A stretch of DNA of 64,000 bases, taken from NCBI GenBank assembly GCA_030390025.1, contig CM059438.1, positions 53,694,001-53,758,000 of the forward strand, in the 5' to 3' direction. The position numbers and the translations under genes are program-made. Each line of letters begins with the position of its first letter. Position 1 is the stretch's first letter. Below the pieces are notes generated by a model, which worked only from the letters and a program-made list of their open reading frames with translations, did no database searches and was not told the origin of the DNA. The stretch is from Squalus acanthias (lineage: Eukaryota). Shown piece after piece: positions 1-14,000 of this stretch.

Positions 1-3000
1 CTCACTGTTCATTGATCCTCTCCTCACTGATTGATTGATCCTCACTGATTGATTGTTTGATCCTCATTGATTGATTGATCCTCATTGATTGATTGATCCT
101 CATTGATTGATTGATCCTCTCCTCATTGATTGATCGATCCTCATTGATTGATCCTCTCCTCATTGATTGATCGATCCTCATTGATTGATTGATCCTCTCC
201 TCATTGATTGATTGATCCTCATTGATTGATTGATCCTCTCCTCATTGATTGATCGATCCTCATTGATTGATTGATCCTCTCCTCATTGATTGATTGATCG
301 ATGTTCGTTGATTGATTGATCCTCTCCTCACTGATTGATTGATCCTCACTGATTGATTGATCCTCATTGATTGATTGATCCTCATTGATTGGTTGATCTT
401 CGTTGATTGATCCTCACTGATTGATTGATTGATCCTCACTGATTGATTGATCCTCTCCTCATTGATTGATTGATCCTCACTGATTGATTGATCTTCTCCT
501 CATTGATTGATTGATCCTCATTGATTGATTGATCCTCACTGATTGATTGATTGATCCTCACTGATTGATTGATCCTCTCCTCATTGATTGATTGATCCTC
601 ACTGATTGATTGATCCTCACTGATTGATTGATCCTCTCCTCATTGATTGATTGATCCTCACTGATTGATTGATCCTCATTGATTGATTGATCCTCTCTTT
701 ATTGATTGATCCTCACTGATTGATTGATCCTCTCCTCATTGATTGATTGATCCTCACTGATTGATTGATCCTCATTGATTGATCGATCCTCTCCACTTTG
801 ATTGATAGATCCTCTCCTCACCGATTGGTTGATTGATCTGCTCCTCCTTGATTGATTGATTGATCTTCACTGATTGATTGATCCTCTCCTCATTGATTTA
901 TCGATCCTCACTGATTGATTGATTGATCCTCATTGATTGATTGATCCTCATTGATTGATTGATCCTCTCCTCATTGATTGATTGATCCTCACTGATTGAT
1001 TGATCCTCATTGATTGATCGATCCTCTCCACTTTGATTGATAGATCCTCTCCTCACCGATTGGTTGATTGATCTGCTCCTCCTTGATTGATTGATCTTCA
1101 CTGATTGATTGATCCTCTCCACATTGATTGATCGATCCTCACTGATTGATTGATTGATCCTCATTGATTGATTGATCCTCATTGATTGATTGATCCTCAC
1201 TGATTGATTGATTGATCCTCACTGATTGGTTGATCCTCTCCTCATTGATTGATTGATCCTCACTGATTGATTGATCCTCCCTGATTGATTGATCCTCTCC
1301 TCATTGATTGATTGATCCTCATTGATTGATTGAACCTCTCTTTATTGATTGATCCTCACTGATTGATTGATCCTCTCCTCATTGATTGATTGATCCTCAC
1401 TGATTGATTGATCCTCATTCATTAATCGATCCTCTCCACTTTGATTGATAGATCCTCTCCTCACCGATTGGTTGATTGATCCGCTCCTCCTTGATTGATT
1501 GATTGATCCTCACTGATTGATTGATCCTCTCCTCATTGATTGATCGATCCTCACTGATTGATTGATCCTCTCCTCACTGATTGATTGAACGATCCTCACT
1601 GATTCATTGATCCTCTCCTCACTGATTGATTGATCCTCACTGATTGATTGTTTGATCCTCATTGATTGATTGATCCTCATTGATTGATTGATCCTCATTG
1701 ATTGATTGATCCTCTCCTCATTGATTGATCGATCCTCATTGATTGATTGATCCTCTCCTCATTGATTGATCGATCCTCATTGATTGATTGATCCTCTCCT
1801 CATTGATTGATTGATCCTCATTGATTGATTGATCCTCTCCTCATTGATTGATCGATCCTCATTGATTGATTGATCCTCTCCTCATTGATTGATTGATCGA
1901 TGTTCGTTGATTGATTGATCCTCTCCTCACTGATTGATTGATCCTCACTGATTGATTGATCGTCATTGATTGATTGATCCTCATTGATTGGTTGATCTTC
2001 GTTGATTGATCCTCGCTGATTGATTGATTGATCCTCACTGATTGATTGATCCTCTCCTCATTGATTGATTGATCCTCACTGATTGATTGATCTTCTCCTC
2101 ATTGATTGATCCTCATTGATTGATTGATCCTCACTGATTGAATGATTGATCTTCACTGATTGATTGATCCTCTCCTCATTGATTGATTGATCCTCACTGA
2201 TTGATTGATCCTCACTGATTGATTGATCCTCTCCTCATTGATTGATTGATCCTCATTGATTGATTGATCCTCTCTTTATTGATTGATCCTCAGTGATTGA
2301 TTGATCCTCTCCTCATTGATTGATTGATCCTCACTGATTGATTGATCCTCATTGATTGATCGATCCTCTCCACTTTGATTGATAGATCCTCTCCTCACCG
2401 ATTGGTTGATTGATCTGCTCCTCCTTGATTGATTGATTGATCTTCACTGATTGATTGATCCTCTCCTCATTGATTTATCGATCCTCACTGATTGATTGAT
2501 TGATCCTCATTGATTGATTGATCCTCATTGATTGATTGATCCTCTCCTCATTGATTGATTGATCTTCACTGATTGATTGATCCTCATTGATTGATCGATC
2601 CTCTCCACTTTGATTGATAGATCCTCTCCTCACCGATTGGTTGATTGATCTGCTCCTCCTTGATTGATTGATCTTCACTGATTGATTGATCCTCTCCACA
2701 TTGATTGATCGATCCTCACTGATTGATTGATTGATCCTCATTGATTGATTGATCCTCATTGATTGATTGATCCTCACTGATTGATTGATTAATCCTCACT
2801 GATTGGTTGATCCTCTCCTCATTGATTGATTGATCCTCACTGATTGATTGATCCTCCCTGATTGATTGATCCTCTCCTCATTGATTGATTGATCCTCATT
2901 GATTGATTGAACCTCTCTTTATTGATTGATCCTCACTGATTGATTGATCCTCTCCTTATTGATTGATTGATCCTCACTGATTGATTGATCCTCATTCATT

Positions 3001-4060
3001 AATCGATCCTCTCCACTTTGATTGATAGATCCTCTCCTCACCGATTGGTTGATTGATCCGCTCCTCCTTGATTGATTGATTGATCCTCACTGATTGATTG
3101 ATCCTCTCCTCATTGATTGATCGATCCTCACTGATTGATTGATCCTCTCCTCACTGATTGATTCAACGATCCTCACTGATTCATTGATCCTCTCCTCACT
3201 GATTGATTGATCCTCACTGATTGATTGTTTGATCCTCATTGATTGATTGATCCTCATTGATTGATTGATCCTCATTGATTGATTGATCCTCTCCTCATTG
3301 ATTGATCGATCCTCATTGATTGATTGATCCTCTCCTCATTGATTGATCGATCCTCATTGATTGATTGATCCTCTCCTCATTGATTGATTGATCCTCATTG
3401 ATTGATTGATCCTCTCCTCATTGATTGATCGATCCTCATTGATTGATTGATCCTCTCCTCATTGATTGATTGATCGATGTTCGTTGATTGATTGATCCTC
3501 TCCTCACTGATTGATTGATCCACACTGATTGATTGATCGTCATTGATTGATTGATCCTCATTGATTGGTTGATCTTCGTTGATTGATCCTCACTGATTGA
3601 TTGATTGATCCTCACTGATTGATTGATCCTCTCCTCATTGATTGATTGATCCTCACTGATTGATTGATCTTCTCCTCATTGATTGATCCTCATTGATTGA
3701 TTGATCCTCACTGATTGAATGATTGATCCTCACTGATTGATTGATCCTCTCCTCATTGATTGATTGATCCTCACTGATTGATTGATCCTCACTGATTGAT
3801 TGATCCTCTCCTCATTGATTGATTGATCCTCATTGATTGATTGATCCTCTCTTTATTAATTGATCCTCACTGATTGATTGATCCTCTCCTCATTGATTGA
3901 TTGATCCTCACTGATTGATTGATCCTCATTGATTGATCGATCCTCTCCACTTTGATTGATAGATCCTCTCCTCACCGATTGGTTGATTGATCTGCTCCTC
4001 CTTGATTGATTGATTGATCTTCACTGATTGATTGATCCTCTCCTCATTGATTTATCGATC
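1..4060. repeat. Satellite sub-domain with a ~1,577-bp higher-order repeat (about 2.5 copies visible)
   Basis: Near-identical repeat-derived ORFs at 898/2475 and 1510/3087 (offset 1577). The diagnostic motif ccactttgattgatagatcctctcctcaccgattggttg recurs at about 794, 1028, 1436, 2370, 2605, 3013 and 3947. Confidence 0.9.
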
Positions 4061-7000
4061 CTCACTGATTGATTGATCCTCATTGATTGATTGATCCTCA
4101 TTGATTGATTGATCCTCTCCTCATTGATTGATCGATCCTCACTGATTGATTGATCCTCTCCTCGTTGATTGATTGATCCTGACTGATTGATTGATCCTCT
4201 CCTCACTGATTGATTGATTGATCCTCTCCTCATTGATTGATCGATCCTCCCTGATTGATTGATTGATCCTCATTGATTGATTGATCCTCATTGATTGATT
4301 GATCCTCTACTCATTGATTGATCGATCCTCACTGATAGATTGATCCTCTCCTCATTGATTGATTGATCCTGACTGATTGATTGATCCTCTCCTCACTGAT
4401 TGATTGATTGATCCTCTCCTCATTGATTGATCGATCCTCACTGATTGATTGATTGATCCTGATTGATTGATTGATCCTCATTGATTGATTGATCCTCTCC
4501 TCATTGATTGATCGATCCTCGCTGATTGATAGATCCTCTCCTCATTGATTGATCAATCCTCACTGCTTGATTGATCCTCTCCTCACTGATTGATTGATCT
4601 TCATTGATTGATTGATCCTCACTGATTTATTGATCCTCATTGATTGATCGATCCTCACTGATTGGTTGATTGATCCTCATTGATTTAGTGATCCTCTCCT
4701 CACTGATTGATTGATTGATCCTCATGGATTGATTGATTGATCCTCATTGATTGATTGATCCTCTCCTCACTGATTGATTGATTGATCCTCATGGATTGAT
4801 TGATTGATCCTCATTGATTGATTGATCCTCTCCTCACTGATAGATTGATCCTCTCCTCATTGATTGATTGATCCTGACTGATTGATTGATCCTCTCCTCA
4901 CTGATTGATTGTTTGATCCTCTCCTCATTGATTGATCGATCCTCACTGATTGATTGATTGATCCTGATTGATTGATTGATCCTCATTGATTTATTGATCC
5001 TCATTGATTGATCGATCCTCACTGATTGGTTGATTGATCCTCATTGATTTAGTGATCCTCGCCTCACTGATTGATTGATTGATCCTCATGGATTGATTGA
5101 TTGATCCTCATTGATTGATTGATCCTCTCCTCACTGATTGATTGATTGATCCTCATGGATTGATTGATTGATCCTCATTGATTGATTGATCCTCTCCTCA
5201 TTGATTGATTGATCCTCACTGATTGATTGATCCTCTCCTCATTGATTGATTGATCCTCACTGATTGATTGATCCTCTCCTCATTGATTGATCCTCATTGA
5301 TTGATTGATCCTCACTGATTGATCCTCATTGATTGATTGATCCTCACTGATTGATTTATCCTCTCATTGATTGATTGTTCCTCACTGATTGATTGATCCT
5401 CACTGAGTGATTGATTGATCCTCACTGATTGATTGATTGATCCTCATTGATTTAGTGATCCTCTCCTCATTGATTGATTGATTGATCCTCATGGATTGAT
5501 TGATTGATCCTCATTGATTGATTGATCCTCTCCTCATTGATTGATTGATCCTCACTGATTGATTGATCCTCTCCTCATTGATTGATTGATCCTCACTGAT
5601 TGATTGATCCTCTCCTCATTGATTGATTGATCCTCACTGATTGATTGATCCTCACTGATTGATTGATCCTCTCCTCATTGATTGATCATCACTGATTGAT
5701 TGATCCTCTCCTCACTGCTTGATTGATCCTCATTGATTGATTGATCCTCACTGATTGATCCTCATTGATTGATTGATCCTCACTGATTGATTTATCCTCT
5801 CATTGATTGATTGATCCTCACTGATTGATTGATCCTCTCCTCATTGATTGATTGATCATCACTGATTGATTGATCCTCATTGATTGATTGATCCTCATTG
5901 ATTGATTGATCCTCATTGATTGATCCTCTGCTCACTGATTGATTGATCCTCTCCTCACTGATTGATTGATCCTCTCCTCACTGATTGATTGATCGATCCT
6001 CATTGATTGATTGATTGATTGATCATCACTGATTGATTGATCGATCCTCATTGATTTATTGATTGATCCTCTCCTCAGTGATTGATTGATCCTCTCCTCA
6101 CTGATTGATTGATCCTCTCCTCATGGATTGATTGATCCTCATTGATTGATTGATCCTGTCCTCACTGATTGATTGATCCTCACGATTGATTGATCCTCAC
6201 TGATTGATTGATTGATCCTCACTGATTGATTGATTGATCCTCACTGATTGATTGATCCTCACTGATTGATGAATCCTCTCCTCATTGATTGATCCTCTCA
6301 TTGATTGATTGATCCTCACTAATTGATTGATTGATCCTCTCATTGATTGATTGATCCTGACTGATTGATTGATCCTCTCCTCATTGATTGATTGATCCTG
6401 ACTGAATGATTGATCCTCTCCTCATTGATTGATTGATCCTGACTGATTGATTGATCCTCTCCTCATTGATTGATTGATCCTGACTGATTGATTGATCCTC
6501 TCCTCATTGATTGATTGATCCTGACTGATTGATTGATCCTCTCCTCATTGATTGATTGATCCTCACTGATTGATTGATCCTCTCCTCATTGATTGGTTGA
6601 TCCTCTCCTCATTGATTGATTGATGCTCATTGATTGATCGATCCTCATTGATTGATTGATCCTCTCATTGATTGATTGATCCTCTCATTGATTGATTGAT
6701 CATCACTGATTGATTGATTGACCACTCATTGATTGATTGATCGAACCGCACTGATTGATTGATCCGCTCCTCACTGATTGATTGATCCTCTCCTCGTTGA
6801 TTGATCCTCTCCTCACTGATCGATTGATCCTCTTCTCACTGATTGATTGATCCTCTCCTCATTGATTGATTGATCCTCTCCTCACTGATTGATTGGTCCT
6901 CTCCTCACTGATTGATTGATCCTGACTGATTGATTGATCCTCTCCTCATTGATTGATTGATCCTCACTGATTGATTGATCCTCTCCTCATTGCTTGATTC

Positions 7001-9099
7001 ATCCTCACTGATTGATTGATCCTCTCCTCATTGATTGATTGATCCTCACTGATTGATTGATCCTCTACTCATTGATTGATTGATCCTCACTGATTGATTG
7101 ATTGATCTTCACTGATGGATTGATCCTCATTGATTGATTGATCCTCACTGATTGTTTGATCCTCTCCTCATTGATTGATTGATCCTCTCTTCACTGATTG
7201 ATTTATCGATCCTCATTGATTGATTGATCCTCACTGATTGATTGATCCTCTCCTCATTGATTGATTGATCCTCTCCTCACTGTTTGATTGATCGATCCGC
7301 ATTGATTTAGTGATTGATACGATCCTCATTGATTGGTTGATCCTCTCCTCACTGATTGATTGATCGATCCTCATTGATTGATTGTTCATCACTGTTTGAT
7401 TGATCGATCCTCATTGATTTATTGATTAATCCTCTCCTCATTGATTGATTGATCCTCTCCTCATTGATTGATCCTCTCCTCACTGATTGATTGATCGATC
7501 CAAACTGATTGATTTATCCTCTCCTCACTGATTGATTGATCCTGACTGATTGATTGATCCTCTCCTCATTGATTGATTGATCCTCACTGATTGATTGATC
7601 CTCTCCTCCTTGATTGATTGATCCTCACTGGTTGATTGATCCTCACTGATTGATTGATCCTCTCCTCATTGATTGATTGATCCTCACTGGTTGATTGATC
7701 CTCTACTCATTGATTGATTGATCCTCACTGATTGGTTGATCCTCTCCTCATTGATTGATTGATCGATCCTCATTGATTGATTGATCCTCACTGATTGATT
7801 GATCCTCTCCTCATTGAATGATTTATCCTCTCCTCACTGATTGATTGATCGATCCTCATTGATTTATTGATCCTCATCTCACTGATTGATTGATTGATCC
7901 TCACTGATTGATTGATCCTCTCCTCATTGATTGATTGATCCTCACTGATTGATTTATCCTCTCCTCATTGATTGATTGATCCTCACTGATTGATTGATCC
8001 TCTACTCATTGATTGATCGATCCTCACTGATTGATTGATCCTCTCCTCATTGATTGATTGATCCTCACTGATTGATTGATCCTCTCCTCATTGATTGTTT
8101 GATCCTCACTGATTGATTGATCCTCTCCTCATTGATTGATTGATCCTCACTGATTGATTGATCCTCTCCTCATTGATTGATTGATCCTCACTGATTGATT
8201 GATCCTCTACTCATTGATTGATTGATCTTCACTGATTGATTGATTGATCTTCACTGATGGATTGATCCTCATTGATTGATTGATCCTCACTGATTGTTTG
8301 ATCCTCTCCTCATTGATTGATTGATCCTCTCCTCACTGATTGATTGATCGATCCTCATTGATTGATTGATCCTCACTGATTGATTGATCCTCTCCTCATT
8401 GGTTGATTGATCCTCTCCTCACTGTTTGATTGATCGATCCTCATTGATTTATTGATTGATACTATCCTCATTGATTGGTTGATCCTCTCCTCACTGATTG
8501 ATTGATCGATCCTCATTGATTGATTGATTGATCATCACTGTTTGATTGATCGATCCTCATTATTTTTTTTAATTAATCCTCTCCTCATTGATTGATTGAT
8601 CCTCTCCTCATTGATTGATCCTCTCCTCACTGATTGATCGATCCTCACTGATTGATTGATCCTCTCCTCACTGATTGATTGATCCTCACTGATTGATTGA
8701 TCCTCTCCTCATTGATTGATTGTTCCTCACTGATTGATTGATCCTCTCCTCATTGATTGATTGATCCTCACTGATTGATTGATCCTCTACTCATTGATTG
8801 ATTGATCCTCACTGATTGATTGATTGATCTTCACTGATGGATTGATCCTCATTGATTGATTGATCCTCACTGATTGTTTGATCCTCTCCTCATTGATTGA
8901 TTGATCCTCTCTTCACTGATTGATTGATCCTGACTGATTGATTGATCCTCTGCTCATTGACTGATTGATCCTGACTGATTGATTGATCCTCTCCTCATTG
9001 ATTGATTGATCCTCACTGATTGATTGATCCTCTCCTCATTGATTGATTGATCCTCACTGATTGATTGATCCTCTCCTCATTGATTGGTTGATCCTCTCC

Positions 9100-12000
9100 T
9101 CATTGATTGATTGATGCTCATTGATTGATCGATCCTCATTGATTGATCGATCCTCATTGATTGATTGATCCTCTCATTGATTGATTGATCCTCTCATTGA
9201 TTGATTGATCCTCTCATTGATTGATTGATCATCACTGATTGATTGATTGATCACTCATTGATTGATTGATCGAACCGCACTGATTGATTGATCCGCTCCT
9301 CACTGATTGATTGATCCTCTCCTCATTGATTGATCCGCTCCTCACTGATTGATTGATCCTCTCCTCATTGATTGATCCTCTCCTCATTGATTGATTGATC
9401 CTCTCCTCACTGATTGATTGATCCTCTCCTCACTGATTGATTGATCCTCTCCTCATTGATTGATTGATCCTCTTCTCACTGATTGATTGATCCTCTCCTC
9501 ATTGATTGATTGATCCTCTCCTCACTGATTGATTGATCCTCTCCTCACTGAGTGATTGATTCTCTCCTCACTGATTGATTGATCCTCTCCTCATTGATTG
9601 ATTGATCCTCTTCTCACTGATTGATTGATCCTCTCCTCATTGATTGATTGATCCTCTTCTCACTGATTGATTGATCCTCTCCTCATTGATTGATTGATCC
9701 GCTCCTCACTGATTGATTGATCCTCTCCTCATTGATTGATCCTCTCCTCACTGATTGATTGATCCTCTCCTCACTGATTGATTGATCCTCTCCTCACTGA
9801 TTGATTGATCCTCTCCTCATTGATTGATTGATCCTCTCCTCACTGATTGATTGATCCTCTCCTCATTGATTGATTGATCCTCTCCTCACTGATTGATTGA
9901 TCCTCTCCTCATTGATTGATCCTCTCCTCACTGATTGATTGATCCTCTCCTCATTGATTGATTGATCCTCTTCTCACTGATTGATTGATCCTCTCCTCAT
10001 TGATTGATTGATCCTCTCCTCACTGATTGATTGATCCTCTCCTCACTGATTGATTGATCCTGACTGATTGATTGATCCTCTCCTCATTGATTGATTGATC
10101 CTCTCCTCATTGATTGATTGATCTTCACTGATTGATTGATCCTCTCCTCATTGATTGATTGATCCTCACTGATTGATTGATCCTCTCCTCATTGATTGAT
10201 TGATCCTCATTGATTGATTGATCCTCTCCTCATTGATTGATTGATCCTCACTGATTGATTGATTGATCTTCACTGATGGATTGATCCTCACTGATTGATT
10301 GATCCTCTCCTCATTGATTGGTTGATCCTTTCCTCATTGATTGATTGATCGAGCCTCATTGATTGATTGATCCTCACTGATTGATTGATCCTCTCCTCAT
10401 TGATTAGTTGATCCTTTCCTCATTGATTGATTGATCGAGCCTCATTGATTGATTGATCCTCTCTGATTGATTGATCCTCTCCTCATTGATTGATTGATCC
10501 TCTCCTCACTGATTGATTGATCGATCCTCATTGATTGATTGATCCTCACTGATTGATTGATCCTCTCCTCATTGATTGGTTGATCCTCTCCTCATTGATC
10601 GATTGATGCTCATTGATTAATCGATCCTCATTGATTGATCGATCCTCATTGATTGATTGATCCTCTCATTGATGGATTGATCCTCTCATTGATTGATTGA
10701 TCATCACTGATTGATTGATTGATCACTCATTGATTGATTGATCGAACCGCACTGATTGATTGATCCGCTCCTCACTGATTGATTGATCCTCTCCTGATTG
10801 ATTGATCCTCTCCTCTCTGATTGATTGATCCTCTTCTCACTGATTGATTGATCCTCTCCTCATTGATTGATTGATCCTCTCCTCACTGATTGATTGATCC
10901 TCTCCTCACTGATTGATTGATCCTGACTGATTGATTGATCCTCTCCTCATTGATTGATTGATCCTCACTGATTGATTGATCCTCTCCTCATTGATTGATT
11001 GATCCTCTCCTCATTGATTAATTGATCTTCACTGATTGATTAATCCTCTCCTCATTGATTGATTGATCCTCACTGATTGATTGATCCTCTACTCATTGAT
11101 TGATTGATCCTCACTGATTGATTGATCCTCTCCTCATTGATTGATTGTTCCTCACTGATTGATTGATCCTCTCCTCATTGATTGATTGATCCTCATTGAT
11201 TGATTGATCCTCTCCTCATTGATTGATTGATCCTCACTGATTGATTGATTGATCTTCACTGATGGATTGATCCTCACTGATTGATTGATCCTCTCCTCAT
11301 TGATTGGTTGATCCTTTCCTCATTGATTGATTGATCGAGCCTCGTTGATTGATTGATCCTCACTGATTGATTGATCCTCTCCTCATTGATTGCTGGATCC
11401 TCTCCTCACTGATTGATTGATCGATCCTCATTGATTGATTGATCCTCACTGATTGATTGATCCTCTCCTCATTGATTGATTGATCCTCACTGATTGATTG
11501 ATTGATCTTCACTGATGGATTGATCCCCACTGATTGATTGATCCTCTCCTCATTGATTGGTTGATCCTTTCCTCATTGATTGATTGATCGAGCCTCATTG
11601 ATTGATTGATCCTCACTGATTGATTGATCCTCTCCTCATTGATTGCTGGATCCTCACCTCACTGATTGATTGTTCGATCCTCATTGATTGATTGATCCTC
11701 ACTGATTGATTAATCCTCTCCTCATTGATTGATTGATGCTCATTGATTGATCGATCCTCATTGATTGATCGATCCTCATTGATTGATTGATCCTCTCATT
11801 GATTGATTGATCCTCTCATTGATTGATTGATCATCACTGATTGATTGATTGATCACTCATTGATTGATTGATCGAACCGCACTGATTGATTGATCCGCTC
11901 CTCACTGATTGATTGATCCTCTCCTCATTGATTGATCCTCTCCTCGCTGATTGATTGATCCGCTCCTCACTGATTGATTGATCCTCTCCTTATTGATTGA

Positions 12001-14000
12001 TCCTCTCCTCATTGATTGATTGATCCTCTCCTCACTGATTGATTGATCCTCTCCTCACTGATTGATTGATCCTCTCCTCATTGATTGATTGATCCTCTTC
12101 TCACTGATTGATTGATCCTCTCCTCATTGATTGATTGATCCTCTCCTCACTGATTGATTGATCCTCTCCTCACTGAGTGATTGATTCTCTCCTCACTGAT
12201 TGATTGATCCTCTCCTCATTGATTGATTGATCCTCTTCTCACTGATTGATTGATCCTCTCCTCATTGATTGATTGATCCTCTTCTCACTGATTGATTGAT
12301 CCTCTCCTCATTGATTGATTGATCCGCTCCTCACTGATTGATTGATCCTCTCCTCATTGATTGATCCTCTCCTCACTGATTGATTGATCCTCTCCTCACT
12401 GATTGATTGATCCTCTCCTCATTGATTGATTGATCCTCTCCTCACTGATTGATTGATCCTCTCCTCATTGATTGATTGATCCTCTCCTCACTGATTGATT
12501 GATCCTCTCCTCATTGATTGATCCTCTCCTCACTGATTGATTGATCCTCTCCTCATTGATTGATTGATCCTCTTCTCACTGATTGATTGATCCTCTCCTC
12601 ATTGATTGATTGATCCTCTCCTCACTGATTGATTGATCCTCTCCTCACTGATTGATTGATCCTGACTGATTGATTGATCCTCTCCTCATTGATTGATTGA
12701 TCCGATCCTCATTGATTGATTGATCTTCACTGATTGATTGATCCTCTCCTCATTGATTGATTGATCCTCACTGATTGATTGATCCTCTCCTCATTGATTG
12801 ATTGTTCCTCACTGATTGATTGATCCTCTCCTCATTGATTGATTGATCCTCATTGATTGATTGATCCGCTCCTCATTGATTGATTGATCCTCACTGATTG
12901 ATTGATTGATCTTCACTGATGGATTGATCCTCACTGATTGATTGATCCTCTCCTCATTGATTGGTTGATCCTTTCCTCATTGATTGATTGATCGAGCCTC
13001 ATTGATTGATTGATCCTCACTGATTGATTGATCCTCTCCTCATTGATTGGTTGATCCTTTCCTCATTGATTGATTGATCGAGCCTCATTGATTGATTGAT
13101 CCTCTCTGATTGATTGATCCTCTCCTCATTGATTGATTGATCCTCTCCTCACTGATTGATTGATCGATCCTCATTGATTGATTGATCCTCACTGATTGAT
13201 TGATCCTCTCCTCATTGATTGGTTGATCCTCTCCTCATTGATTGATTGATGCTCATTGATTAATCGATCCTCATTGATTGATCGATCCTCATTGATTGAT
13301 TGATCCTCTCATTGATTGATTGATCCTCTCATTGATTGATTGATCATCACTGATTGATTGATTGATCACTCATTGATTGATTGATCGAACCGCACTGATT
13401 GATTGATCCGCTCCTCACTGATTGATTGATCCTCTCCTCATTGATTGATCCTCTCCTCTCTGATTGATTGATCCTCTTCTCACTGATTGATTGATCCTCT
13501 CCTCATTGATTGATTGATCCTCTCCTCACTGATTGATTGATCCTCTCCTCACTGATTGATTGATCCTGACTGATTGATTGATCCTCTCCTCATTGATTGA
13601 TTGATCCTCACTGATTGATTGATCCTCTCCTCATTGATTGATTGCTCCTCTCCTCATTGATTAATTGATCTTCACTGATTGATTAATCCTCTCCTCATTG
13701 ATTGATTGATCCTCACTGATTGATTGATCCTCTACTCATTGATTGATTGATCCTCACCGATTGATTGATCCTCTCCTCATTGATTGATTGTTCCTCACTG
13801 ATTGATTGATCCTCTCCTCATTGATTGATTGATCCTCATTGATTGATTGATCCTCTCCTCATTGATTGATTGATCCTCACTGATTGATTGATTGATCTTC
13901 ACTGATGGATTGATCCTCACTGATTGATTGATCCTCTCCTCATTGATTGGTTGATCCTTTCCTCATTGATTGATTGATCGAGCCTCATTGATTGATTGAT
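9100..14000. repeat. Satellite sub-domain with a ~2.6-kb imperfect duplication and near-pure 23-mer runs
   Basis: Marker cgaaccgcac at 9271/11873 and 10743/13387. Marker actgagtgattgattctctcc at about 9547/12172. Stretches dominated by the 23-mer at about 9300-10050 and 11900-12650. Confidence 0.8.
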
